Shown here: piece by piece, positions 9,991 through 19,234 of the stretch
How the letters are laid out: each line of letters begins with the position of its first letter
Position numbering within the stretch: the first letter of the stretch is position 1
DNA from: Deltaproteobacteria bacterium
GTDB taxonomy: Bacteria > Desulfobacterota > Desulfobacteria > Desulfobacterales > ETH-SRB1
DNA length: 64,000 bases
Assembly: GCA_030272815.1 (NCBI GenBank)
Contig: JAJSZT010000001.1
Coordinates: 38,337 to 102,336 of the forward strand
Direction of reading: 5' to 3'
The notes under the pieces: generated by a model
Databases searched by the model: none
What the model was told of the DNA's origin: nothing
What the model saw: only the letters and a program-made list of their open reading frames with translations
Made by a program: the position numbers and the translations under genes

Positions 9991-11673
9991 TTAGACTTCC
10001 GTCTCCTGAAGACAAGATGGGGGCAATGTAATATAAAATGTTGTTCCCTTGTCGACTTCGCTCTCGACCCTAAGCTGGCCGCCCAATTTTTCAACTATAC
10101 CGTAACTGGTGGAAAGTCCCAGGCCAGTACCTTGACCGACCGGCTTAGTCGTAAAAAACGGATCAAATATCTTTTTTTGAATTTCCTTCGGCATGCCCGG
10201 CCCCGTATCAGTGATAGAGACCAGAACGCCCCCGTCCTGCGCCTTTGTAATGAGACGTATCACGCCATCTTTATTAATTGCATCTATGGCGTTGTTCACT
10301 ATGTTGATGAAGACCTGTTGTAATTGGGCTCCGTCAGTGATTATACTTGGCAGGTCAGGCTGTAATTCTTTCATTAAGGCTATATTCTTAAACATTGCCT
10401 TTTTGTGCAAGAAATCATGTGTTTCATCCAGGACAGAATTTATATCTACATTTTTATGCACCATATCTTCCTTGCGGGCAAATCCCATAAGACGACTGAT
10501 GACTTTCTTCCCACGCTGAACATGTTTTTTGATATCCTGGGTAGCCTTGATCAGCTCATTGTAATTAGGGCTATTCTTTACATCCTCTTCGGTCAGCAAG
10601 TCTCCCATCCAGCCGGCCTTTTCAGCAATAACGGCCATGGGATTGTTGATCTCGTGAGCAATACCGCTTGCTAATTTACCGATGGCCGCTAATCTGTCAG
10701 AGCGAACAAGCTGCTCACTAAGTTGCAATTTTTCTATGTCGACTTTTTCCAACCATGCAAATACCCGTTTGGTAATAAGAATGGTGCTGATAATGATAAT
10801 AAGGGAGCTGATGATAAAAATGAGAAGAACGGTATTTTTAACATGAACCACAGGGCCCAGCTCATGTTTTAAATCCTGTTCGATTACCATCAGCCAGTCG
10901 TTGTTCTTTAACCAGGTACTGGCACAAAGAACAGCCTTGCCTTTTTGGCCCTTTTCCGTCTCTTTTATACCTCGAAACACGGAAGGCATTTTGAAATCGG
11001 ATTTAGTCAGTATCAGGTCGTCGTCGGCGCCGCTTATCTGATAGATACCTTCCCGGCTCAGGATATATGCGTCACTGCCGCCTTTACCCAAAAGGGCTGT
11101 ACTCATAAAATGATTTATCCTGTTTATGTCTATGGTCACCCGTAATATCCACGGCTTTCCATTTTCTATCCTTTTTACGGCAATGATGAAATGGGGAAAC
11201 TTTCTAAAACCAAGAAAGACATCACTGATATAGACATCTTTTTTCATGACTTCCTGAAACCACTCTGCCGTAGCGTATTGTTTACCCGTTAAGTGATACG
11301 GCCCGACATAAGCAACCTGTTCACCATCATTATTAATTATGCCCATATCCTGAAAGGCACTGCAAACCCTTTTTGACAAATGAAAAGAATTGAGCAGGTT
11401 TTCTTTTTTTTCCAGAAAGTCAAAGCTGTGCGTATAAGCCAGAACACTTAAGCAGTTAGCCCTGTCATTTAGAAAAAGATCAATGGTGTCTTTTCTGTTT
11501 TTCGTTATAAGCTTTAATTCGTTTTTGATCTTTTCTTTGACCGTGATGCTATAATAATAGTAAGTAGTTCCGCCTAAAAGTATTAACGGAATAAAAGCTA
11601 TGAAAAAAATGATAACCGTGATCTTTGTCCGCAAGCCGGTATAATATCCGTGTAATTCTTTTTCCTTAATCAT
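9991..11673 (-). CDS. sensor histidine kinase with extracytoplasmic Cache-like domain
   Basis: Two TM segments flank a ~270-aa sensor region. H-box GIAHEINNP, with N/G boxes (NNAIDA, DTGPGM, GTGLGLS). ATG 11673 is the preferred start (GGAGG 8 nt upstream) rather than ORF start 11742. Confidence 0.85.
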   Translation of the reverse strand: MIKEKELHGYYTGLRTKITVIIFFIAFIPLILLGGTTYYYYSITVKEKIKNELKLITKNRKDTIDLFLNDRANCLSVLAYTHSFDFLEKKENLLNSFHLSKRVCSAFQDMGIINNDGEQVAYVGPYHLTGKQYATAEWFQEVMKKDVYISDVFLGFRKFPHFIIAVKRIENGKPWILRVTIDINRINHFMSTALLGKGGSDAYILSREGIYQISGADDDLILTKSDFKMPSVFRGIKETEKGQKGKAVLCASTWLKNNDWLMVIEQDLKHELGPVVHVKNTVLLIFIISSLIIIISTILITKRVFAWLEKVDIEKLQLSEQLVRSDRLAAIGKLASGIAHEINNPMAVIAEKAGWMGDLLTEEDVKNSPNYNELIKATQDIKKHVQRGKKVISRLMGFARKEDMVHKNVDINSVLDETHDFLHKKAMFKNIALMKELQPDLPSIITDGAQLQQVFINIVNNAIDAINKDGVIRLITKAQDGGVLVSITDTGPGMPKEIQKKIFDPFFTTKPVGQGTGLGLSTSYGIVEKLGGQLRVESEVDKGTTFYITLPPSCLQETEV

Positions 11674-11758
11674 GTGTAATCCTCCAGGCAGACATAACCG
11701 GTAATAGGAGAACTGCCATTTAATGTATTTCCTGATGGACAATAGTTAACAACATTTC

Positions 11759-11930
11759 GTGACTACTCACGTAGTCAGGCTGAAGCTGTTTAGACTGAAG
11801 GCTGAAGGGGTCAGAAGAGCACGATTGCCGTACTTTAGCGGAAACATCTGATTCTTGCACCAAACATGGCTTCAAACTGCGCTTTTTCCTAACAGTTTTC
11901 AGCCTTCAGCCTATCCACCTGAGTAGTTAC
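11759..11930. mobile_element. family B MITE-like palindromic element flanked by an 8-bp direct repeat
   Basis: Terminal inverted repeats are gtgactactcacgtagtcaggctgaag and cttcagcctatccacctgagtagttac. The element is flanked by aacatttc at 11751..11758 and again at 11931..11938. Confidence 0.5.
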
Positions 11931-11960
11931 AACATTTCTACCCAACCACTCAACTACTCA

Positions 11961-14570
11961 TTATTGGGAAACATCTACAAATGAAGAAAGTTCTTTTAGT
12001 ATTTCTTCCAGGTACTTGTTCACCCTCCCGCTGCTAGACAGTACCATATCCAACTGCCTGGTATGCATGACAAGATGACCGAGAACCTTCAATCTCTCTT
12101 TCAAAAAAGGTACTTCCTGTCGCTCCAGCCGGGCAAAAACTGTGTCGCTTTTGACCTGAACCCAAAAATCGAATTTTTCCAGAATCAGCTTAATAAGGTT
12201 GGCTCTTCGCTCCCTGCGGACGTTATCGGCACCGCCGCCGTTAAAATTAAAACAGATATAATTTTCCGCCACCTTCTCACCGAAAAAAGCCTCCACAGTC
12301 GAAAAATGAAAACCGAATCGCGAGCTGAGATGACAAAAATTTCCGGATATCATAAAGTAATTACGGTCAGCATAACGTGAACGCATGCCGGGAACAAGAC
12401 TCCTGTCCATTGTCGCTCCATACATGACGGAGAAAAATCCTTTTGTATCTATCGGCGGCGGGCCTTTCCAGGGCATAGCCGTTATTCCCTCCCACAATGT
12501 CAGCATGGGACCGGAAATTATATCTTCAAGCCTGATCGTATCCCCTTTCATCCCTTCTTTACAACCACCACCCAGATCAACAACCCACCACTGCATAGGA
12601 ACATCTATAACCAACCTCCTGGCTAAATGCTCCGGGAAAGAAGCGTCCTTTTTGAACCCAAAAAGCTCACGCAAGGACATCTCGTGAGCAAAGCGGATAA
12701 TGTCATGTATAGTCCGGCATCCTTCAGGTGTAAAATCTGATGCATCCGGATCGGTAAGATTGAGTGGCGCAATATATTTTAAGACATTTCCCAGGGTGTT
12801 ATGAACAGGACTTCCCTTCATCAAGCTTGTCTTTTCAGCCTCCTTTTCAAGGAGAGATTCCGCCCTGCCGGCATAGACTGCGCAGCCGGTCGCATCGACC
12901 GTAATGAGGTCTCCATTTCGGATATGCTCCGTGGCGGTTGAAGTTCCCAAAAGGGCGGGAACCTTGAATTCACGAGCCACGGCCGCCATATGACCTGTGA
13001 CACCTCCTTTGTCTGTGATGACGGCAACAGCGCTATTTAAGAGCGCTGCCCATTTAGGAAGGGAATTTCTGGCTACAAGAACGGCCCCTGGGGGGAACTG
13101 TAGCATATCTACAGTTGTTTCAACTACAAAGGCATGGCCGCTGGCTGCCCCCGGGCCGGCTGTTACACCACCGGTCAGAATCACCGGAAGGTCAACCTTT
13201 GATTCGGGAATATCCTTAATCCCTGTCGGTTCTTTGCCAAGCACCATCAGCGGCCGGCTTTGTAAAATCGAGACAGAACCGTCCGGTTCAAAAGCCCATT
13301 CAATATCCTGGGGAGCGCCAAAATGTTTTTCCAGACGGAGGGCCAATTCGCCTAACAAAGCAGCTTGTTCGTCGGTTATTGCCGGCTTGTTGGCATGTTC
13401 GTCGGTTATATTCGCAAGGCGTATTCCTTCCAAAGCGCCGGAAACAAGTTGCTGCTTTTTGGCGCTGATTTCGCTTTTCAAAATAATTTTCGGATCTTTT
13501 TTGGAAAGAACAAACAGGTCCTGGGCCATACCTCCATCTACCACCGACTTGCCAAGCCCCCAGGCAGCATTAATTATAATACACTCATGACGTATATTCC
13601 CGGGATCTGCCGAATACATGACGCCACCGGCTCCGGCATCAACCATAGTCATGCAGCCGACACACATAATAATATCTTCATCACGAAATCCCTTGTTTAA
13701 ACGATAGGAAACGGCCGGAACGGAATATTTACTGGCAAGGATCTCCTTGTAGGCAAGGATCAGATTTTCTCTGCTCACGTTGAGTACGGACCGATACTGT
13801 CCGGCAAAAGAGGCATCCCTGGTATCCTCCCCGAGAGCACTGCTGCGCATGGAAACATGAAAGCCATGACCTGCTTTTTCCATTAAGTCAGTGTAGGCGT
13901 TCAGAATGGCCTCTTCAAGTTCCGGGGGGCAGGGTGCAGTAACAATAAGATTCTGGATATCAAAACTGGTTTCATGAAGCCTGGCAATATCTGCTGGTTC
14001 AAGAAATTGAATCCGACGGTTAATCTCATCTTGCAGATCACCATATTCCATGAAGCACTCATGGGCCGCAGTCGTAATGACAAAACCTTCGGGAACAGGG
14101 AGACCAACAGTATTTTTAACCTCGCCCAGATTTGCCATCTTGGCTCCAACATGGTCGGCCATTGTTTTATCGATGCTTTCAAGAGGGATGACTAATTCGC
14201 CCCCGGTCTCTAACTTTTTTTGTTGTAACTCCCTGTCAATTTTTAGAAGAATATCTTCAAGTACCCTTGGAAATTCTTTATATTTATCATTTGCTAATTT
14301 ATTTAAACAACTGATGATCTTATATGTATTGACTGAGATTGCTGTACAGTTCGCCCGAATAAAGGACATGCCGAAAGTGCGGCTTCCCGAAAATGCCTGC
14401 TCCATGTCGGTTATAAGTTCCAACACCTTGTTATTTGTGCTTAGAAGGGTCTTAAAATTCAAATACCTGTTTGTAAAAGCATTCCGAAGGGCTTCAAGCG
14501 CGACCTTCTGTTCAATTTTTTTGGTATCATCCTTCAGTAGTTTTTTGAAAAACCGTTTTAATCCAAACAT
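11961..14570 (-). CDS. PEP-synthase/PPDK-like enzyme (ATP-grasp + swivelling His domain + unassigned C-terminal domain), paralogue 1
   Basis: GAKMANLGE in the PPDK_N-type ATP-grasp and GGVTGHMAAVAREFKVPAL in the phospho-His mobile domain. The C-terminal ~330 aa lack TIM-barrel motifs I can recognise. Paralogous to 19775..22336. Confidence 0.75.
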   Translation of the reverse strand: MFGLKRFFKKLLKDDTKKIEQKVALEALRNAFTNRYLNFKTLLSTNNKVLELITDMEQAFSGSRTFGMSFIRANCTAISVNTYKIISCLNKLANDKYKEFPRVLEDILLKIDRELQQKKLETGGELVIPLESIDKTMADHVGAKMANLGEVKNTVGLPVPEGFVITTAAHECFMEYGDLQDEINRRIQFLEPADIARLHETSFDIQNLIVTAPCPPELEEAILNAYTDLMEKAGHGFHVSMRSSALGEDTRDASFAGQYRSVLNVSRENLILAYKEILASKYSVPAVSYRLNKGFRDEDIIMCVGCMTMVDAGAGGVMYSADPGNIRHECIIINAAWGLGKSVVDGGMAQDLFVLSKKDPKIILKSEISAKKQQLVSGALEGIRLANITDEHANKPAITDEQAALLGELALRLEKHFGAPQDIEWAFEPDGSVSILQSRPLMVLGKEPTGIKDIPESKVDLPVILTGGVTAGPGAASGHAFVVETTVDMLQFPPGAVLVARNSLPKWAALLNSAVAVITDKGGVTGHMAAVAREFKVPALLGTSTATEHIRNGDLITVDATGCAVYAGRAESLLEKEAEKTSLMKGSPVHNTLGNVLKYIAPLNLTDPDASDFTPEGCRTIHDIIRFAHEMSLRELFGFKKDASFPEHLARRLVIDVPMQWWVVDLGGGCKEGMKGDTIRLEDIISGPMLTLWEGITAMPWKGPPPIDTKGFFSVMYGATMDRSLVPGMRSRYADRNYFMISGNFCHLSSRFGFHFSTVEAFFGEKVAENYICFNFNGGGADNVRRERRANLIKLILEKFDFWVQVKSDTVFARLERQEVPFLKERLKVLGHLVMHTRQLDMVLSSSGRVNKYLEEILKELSSFVDVSQ

Positions 14571-14583
14571 AAACCAACCGTTT

Positions 14584-15621
14584 TTACGACAGATCTTTCT
14601 TCGGGATGGCCGATGAGATCTCGGTCGTTGGCTTACCCTTTCGGTCCACCTTTAAGTTATATTTGTTGAGCTTGTGTCTTAACGTTCGAGGGCTGATGTC
14701 CAGCATTCCGGCTGCTCGTTTCCTGTCGCCTCCCACACGGTAGAGCACGTTCAGGATGGCTTTTGTTTCGGCCGATTGCTTAACCTCTTCCAGATTCATC
14801 ATCCCGGGAGGATCTCTGAAATGCCACAAAAAGTCGGAAGGGAGATGTTCTATATTTATCACATCGTGATTGTTGAGAATGAACACTCTTTCCACAAGAT
14901 TTTTCAATTCCCTGACATTGCCAGGCCAATTATAACGAGAGAAAATATCAATGACTTCTAATTTTACCGTGGGTTTGGGCTTTTTGTAATCGGCTGCCAA
15001 TTGATCGAGAAAGCGATCCACCATCTTGGGGATAACCGATTTTCTCTCTCTCAAAGGAGGTATATATATAGGAACCAGGTGAAGTCGGTAAAAGAGATCA
15101 TCGCGAAACGACCCCTGCCTCATCTCGGTCTTGAGGTCCTTATTGGTTGCCGAGATAAGGCGAATATCAACCTTAATCAGCTCATTTCCTCCGATCCGTA
15201 TAAATTGGAAATCTTCCAGTACCCGCAAAAAGTCCACCTGGTTTTCCAGTGGTATTTCAGCGACCTCATCGAGAAACAGGGTTCCTTTGTCAGCCAGCTC
15301 AAGGCAGCCCTTTTCCCGGCGGATGGCCCCTGTAAAGGAGCCCTTTTCATGCCCGAAAAGCTTGTCCTCAAACATCAGGCCGGAAAGAATACCGCAGTTG
15401 ACCGGTACGAAAGGATTTTCAGATCTGGGGCTTTGCAGGTGAATGATCTTGGCAAGCAGTTCCTTGCCCGTGCCGCTTTCTCCTATAATGAGCACATTCA
15501 CATCGTATTTTGCTACTTGATCAACCTCCTTCATGATGGAATGCATCACATCAGAACCCAGGATAAACTCCTGCATGATGGATTTTTCAAGGTGTTTTAT
15601 ATATAGAGATTGTAGTTTCAA
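14584..15621 (-). CDS. sigma-54-dependent transcriptional activator (AAA+ and Fis-type HTH, no receiver)
   Basis: GESGTGKELLAKIIH (Walker A), GSFTGA (GAFTGA variant) and a C-terminal HTH (RKRAAGMLDISPRTLRHKLNKY). 345 aa. Confidence 0.85.
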   Translation of the reverse strand: MKLQSLYIKHLEKSIMQEFILGSDVMHSIMKEVDQVAKYDVNVLIIGESGTGKELLAKIIHLQSPRSENPFVPVNCGILSGLMFEDKLFGHEKGSFTGAIRREKGCLELADKGTLFLDEVAEIPLENQVDFLRVLEDFQFIRIGGNELIKVDIRLISATNKDLKTEMRQGSFRDDLFYRLHLVPIYIPPLRERKSVIPKMVDRFLDQLAADYKKPKPTVKLEVIDIFSRYNWPGNVRELKNLVERVFILNNHDVINIEHLPSDFLWHFRDPPGMMNLEEVKQSAETKAILNVLYRVGGDRKRAAGMLDISPRTLRHKLNKYNLKVDRKGKPTTEISSAIPKKDLS

Positions 15622-15643
15622 AGGTCTTTTTTCGAAGCCTATC

Positions 15644-15768
15644 TATAGACTTTCAGATAATTCATTTCACAAGGCTAGAAGAAAAAATCTGAGTAAGTCG
15701 TGCTTATGTGTACGTCGTCGAAGATTTTGACTGATAACGCAGTGAAATTATTTATCTGAAAGTCTATA
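15644..15768. repeat. family D palindromic element (complete copy)
   Basis: Arms are tatagactttcagataa and ttatctgaaagtctata. Partial copies lie at 16682..16700 and, inverted, at 19061..19120. Confidence 0.8.
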
Positions 15769-15887
15769 TCCTTTTTGAGCCATTTGTCCGGTAGTCAAGA
15801 CCGCAAGCTAAGGGCTGGATAAAGCAACGGCCGAAAAATGATTATCACGAATAGCCTCTGAGTGTCAAACAGATTCATTTTCAAAAC

Positions 15888-15921
15888 GGCAAACTTTTGC
15901 CTCTATCGGCAATAACTTGCC
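15888..15921 (+). promoter_or_regulatory. two tandem palindromes GGCAA-N4-TTGCC (putative enhancer/UAS for a sigma-54 activator)
   Basis: ggcaaacttttgcc (15888..15901) and ggcaataacttgcc (15908..15921). Their centres are 20 bp apart, ~100 bp upstream of the -24/-12 element at 16021. Confidence 0.4.
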
Positions 15922-16020
15922 CAAATTATATATCAGGATTCGCTCCTCGCCAGGTAGCTGCAAGGAATAAAAACAATAAATATCAATAGGTTGTTATAAT
16001 GCAAGATGTCTCCTGGGAAC

Positions 16021-16035
16021 TGGTATATTTCTTGC
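16021..16035 (+). promoter_or_regulatory. sigma-54 (-24/-12) promoter candidate
   Basis: tggtatatttcttgc has the GG-N10-GC spacing (TGGTAT-N5-TTGCT against consensus TGGCAC-N5-TTGCW). It lies 34 nt upstream of the CBS gene start, with an activator gene divergently adjacent. Confidence 0.5.
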
Positions 16036-16068
16036 TTCTAAAAGGCAAGATATCGGGGAAGATAGACT

Positions 16069-16572
16069 ATGCCTTCAGAAAAGCTCGTTAAAGATTTTAT
16101 GCGTTCCTTGGACCACTATTCTTACATCAAAGAAGACGAAACAGTCCAGGAGGCTATGAGACTTATGAACAAGGTAAGGAAAGAGGGTACACATCCGTGC
16201 CTTTTTGTCGTGGGAGAGGAACAGTACGAAAAGCGATTTATCAAAGGCTTTGTTACACCCTCTGAGCTTGTTTTTGGATTATCGGCCCATTTTTTAAAAG
16301 GCGCGCAAAAAAGCGGCCCCGTTTTTTGGGAGGGGCAGCTTGAATCAGAATGTATGGAAGGGCGCAAGAAGCGTGTTCGAGAGATCATGGTTCCGGTCGT
16401 GGCGTGTGTTCGGGAAAGTAACATGCTTATGGAGGCAGTGTTTCTGCTTAACAAATACCACATTGATTTTCTCCCCGTGGTGAACAGGGATGACGTAGTG
16501 GGAATGATTCACATCCATGAAATTTCAGCCTATATTGCCGAACTGGCATTAGGAATACAGCTTAGCTCATAG
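16069..16572 (+). CDS. CBS-domain-pair protein
   Basis: 167 aa. CBS-like modules are VKDFMRS...VQEAMRLM and VREIMVPVVACVRESNMLMEAVFLLNKYHIDFLPVVNRDDVVGMIHIHEI. Confidence 0.75.
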   Translation: MPSEKLVKDFMRSLDHYSYIKEDETVQEAMRLMNKVRKEGTHPCLFVVGEEQYEKRFIKGFVTPSELVFGLSAHFLKGAQKSGPVFWEGQLESECMEGRKKRVREIMVPVVACVRESNMLMEAVFLLNKYHIDFLPVVNRDDVVGMIHIHEISAYIAELALGIQLSS

Positions 16573-16749
16573 CTGATGGCTCTTAAGCTCATAAGATAAA
16601 AGGTTATAACAGCTCAACAGCTTAACAGCTAACATAGCCTGACGCAGAAATTGGGGAAATTAGCAGTTTTCGTTCAGGCACTATAGACTTTCAGATAATT
16701 GGTGCGTTGTTTGGATTTACACAAAACAATTTATTAAAGGAGGTGTGGC

Positions 16750-17274
16750 ATGTCGAATGCCAAGAAGGTTAGAGATTTAATGGTTGAGATAACCGAGTAT
16801 CCGCACATTCCGTATTGGCTGAGTGTGAGGGAAGCTATTTTCCTGATTCGCAGTACTTATGATGAGAAATCAGGTCTGGGAATACATCGCATGGTTCTGG
16901 TGTTTGATGAAAAGTATCAACTCCTCGGTGTCCTGACACTCAAGAAACTTCTCATCGGCATTGAGCCGAAATTTCTTAGAAGGAATGAAAAGTCGCCTTA
17001 CCAGGGTCTGACAGACGCCGATTACGCAGGACTTTCGGCTCTCCTTGAAGGGACGTTTGCTGAAGGGTGTAAAAAGGAGGCAAAAAAGCCGGTGAGTGAG
17101 GTCATGATGCCGATCAAAGCCAAGGTTGACGTAAATGATTCTATTGCAAAGGCGGCATTTATCATGATTCAGGCTGACATCAACCTGATCCCGGTGATGG
17201 AGGGTGAAATAGTAAGAGGCGTCCTGCGCATGAGCGACGTTTTTAATGAGCTAACCAAAATTGTGGTAGAGTAA
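16750..17274 (+). CDS. CBS-domain-pair protein
   Basis: VRDLMVEITEYPHIP...VLTLKKLL and VSEVMMPIKAKVDVNDSIAKAAFIMIQADINLIPVMEGEIVRGVLRMSDV. Paralogous to 19235 and 42742. Confidence 0.8.
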   Translation: MSNAKKVRDLMVEITEYPHIPYWLSVREAIFLIRSTYDEKSGLGIHRMVLVFDEKYQLLGVLTLKKLLIGIEPKFLRRNEKSPYQGLTDADYAGLSALLEGTFAEGCKKEAKKPVSEVMMPIKAKVDVNDSIAKAAFIMIQADINLIPVMEGEIVRGVLRMSDVFNELTKIVVE

Positions 17275-17286
17275 GGGAGGTGTAAA

Positions 17287-18816
17287 ATGGTTGAAAAGAA
17301 AAAACCGATTGCTAAAGGGCCGGGCCTCCCGGAGATGCCTGATGAGATTTTGATTTCTCCTGAGAAGCCTGCATTAGACTGGAAGCGCCTGCTTTTTATG
17401 GGAATAGGGATTACCCTGTTTCTAATTGTCTATTATGCTCCGCAATGGCCGGACGCCATTGATCCTGCGGGAAAGCATTTTGTTTTGTCAAAAGCGGGCA
17501 AGGGAGCGTTGGCCGTGTTTTTGCTGGCCAGCACCTGGTGGATATTTGAGGTTGTGCCGATCGGTGTGACCAGTCTCATGATTGGGGTGTTGCAGGCCCT
17601 CTTTCAGGTCAGATCCGCCAAAGTAGCTTTTAAGGATTTCATGGACCCATCGGTTATGTTTATCTTTGGTTCAATAGTCATCGGCATGGTCTTTACCAAG
17701 ACTGGCCTGACCAAACGTCTCGCGTATAAGATGCTGGCTATTGTAGGAGAAAAGACCAGCATGATCTATCTCGGCTGTTTTGTGGTAACATCGGCCCTGA
17801 CTCACATCATGGCCCACACAGCGGTAGCCGCTACTATATTCCCTTTGCTTATGGCTATCTATGCCCTGTACGGAGAAGGTGATAAACAGACCAGGTTCGG
17901 CAAGGGGCTTTTTATCGGCATGGCCTATGTGGCCGGTGCAGGCAGTATCGTAACTCTTTTGGGCGCAGCACGCGGGGCTGTGGCCATCGGGTTTTTTAAT
18001 GATATTATGAATCAGGATATAAGCTTTTTTCAACTCACATATTACATGTTTATCCCCGGCTGGCTGATGACCTTTGCCTTGTGGGGATTTTTTATGGTCT
18101 TTTTTAAACCAGAGAAAAAAACCATTCCCGGACTCCGTGAGAAAGCAAAAGAACTCAATGCACAATTGGGAAAGATTACCAAGGATGAGATTTTAGCCAT
18201 CTTCGTTGTCCTTTCGGTGATTATTTTTCTGGCTTTGCGGTCCTTTATACCGGAATTGAAAATATTTCATAAAACCGCGATTGTTTTGCTTTCAACCGTA
18301 ATATTCTTTCTTACAAAGATTCTTGATCAAAGTGATCTGGAGGAAATCCCCTGGAATATTATACTGCTGTTTGCCGGAGCCATGAGCATCGGTTTTTGTC
18401 TCTGGGAAACAGGCGCTGCCAAATGGATGGCAGTAAACTGGCTGGTGATGTTTCAGGATTCCCCGGGTTTTGTATTTATCCTGGGTATTGCTTTTTTTGT
18501 GATGATCATGACAAACTTTATCATGAACGTGGCAGCCATCGCCATTTCACTTCCTGTGGCATTGGTAATTGCTCCGTACCTGGGCGTGGCCGGAGAGGTC
18601 ATACTCTATGCATCACTGGTAACAGCGGGTATGCCATTCCTCCTGCTGGTGGGTGCGGCTCCAAACGCTATAGCCTATGATTCAAAGCAGTTTACCACGG
18701 GCGAATTTTTTCTATACGGCATTCCAGCCAGTATAATACTGATGGCCGTAGTAGCCCTGTGCGTATTGGTGATCTGGCCGATTCTGGGAATGCCGATCGC
18801 GCTGCCCACACCGTAG
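17287..18816 (+). CDS. DASS/SLC13-type anion (sulfate/di-tricarboxylate) transporter
   Basis: 509 aa and polytopic. The hairpin-tip-like motif VGAAPNAIAYDS resembles the DASS PPNAI motif. The start lies 12 nt after the CBS gene. Confidence 0.8.
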   Translation: MVEKKKPIAKGPGLPEMPDEILISPEKPALDWKRLLFMGIGITLFLIVYYAPQWPDAIDPAGKHFVLSKAGKGALAVFLLASTWWIFEVVPIGVTSLMIGVLQALFQVRSAKVAFKDFMDPSVMFIFGSIVIGMVFTKTGLTKRLAYKMLAIVGEKTSMIYLGCFVVTSALTHIMAHTAVAATIFPLLMAIYALYGEGDKQTRFGKGLFIGMAYVAGAGSIVTLLGAARGAVAIGFFNDIMNQDISFFQLTYYMFIPGWLMTFALWGFFMVFFKPEKKTIPGLREKAKELNAQLGKITKDEILAIFVVLSVIIFLALRSFIPELKIFHKTAIVLLSTVIFFLTKILDQSDLEEIPWNIILLFAGAMSIGFCLWETGAAKWMAVNWLVMFQDSPGFVFILGIAFFVMIMTNFIMNVAAIAISLPVALVIAPYLGVAGEVILYASLVTAGMPFLLLVGAAPNAIAYDSKQFTTGEFFLYGIPASIILMAVVALCVLVIWPILGMPIALPTP

Positions 18817-18871
18817 TGAATGAAGTGAAAGTAGTCTGGACTTTTGGAGACCTTTGAAAAACACCAATATT

Positions 18872-18953
18872 GTCATTGCGAGCGAAGCGAAGCAATCTCA
18901 TAAGATGTTGATAATCCACGAGATTGCTTCGTCGCTTCACTCCTCGCAATGAC
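18872..18953. repeat. family E palindrome (gtcattgcgagcgaagcgaagcaatctc...gagattgcttcgtcgcttcactcctcgcaatgac)
   Basis: Near-perfect hairpin that yields the spurious LRFARNDN-type ORF. A second copy at 47643..47727 is nested in a family C element. Confidence 0.85.
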
Positions 18954-19060
18954 TAAAACAGCGGTTATGCAAAGGTATAGAAGGATGCCTTACTACTCAT
19001 TTTTAATTCATACTGGAGGTCTAAACGGAACGTCATGCCACAGCGTTATTTCTTTCCTGC

Positions 19061-19120
19061 GATGTACACATAAAGATTTTTCCTTCTAGCCTTGTGAAAT
19101 GAATTATCTGAAAGTCTATA
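19061..19120. repeat. family D half-element, inverted relative to 15644..15716
   Basis: The reverse complement matches tatagactttcagataattcatttcacaaggctagaag(a/g)aaaaatct...ttatgtgtac(g/a)tc of the 15644 copy, apart from a 13-nt gap. Confidence 0.75.
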
Positions 19121-19234
19121 TCTCGTATTTTCAAACAAAAAACCTTGAGCACAATGTACAAACAATGTACAAATGACTGTGACCAGCCTTTTCGGCTGGA
19201 GCGGGGCTCTTGACAAGAAAAAGAGGATTAAGAG

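Noticed and set aside
12997-14616. Several 100-197-aa plus-strand ORFs (12997..13590, 13365..13700, 14050..14616)
   Set aside because: They are antisense to the well-supported 869-aa PEP-synthase-like gene, have low-complexity compositions and contain no motifs.
18692-18949. 85-aa ORF containing LRFARNDN
   Set aside because: It is encoded by the family E palindrome and the DASS gene antisense strand. This peptide is the known hallmark of translating that repeat, not a gene.
19150-19234. Possible sigma-54 promoter ctggagcggggctcttgac upstream of the third CBS gene
   Set aside because: The GG-N10-GC spacing is not met: positions 14-15 read TT.
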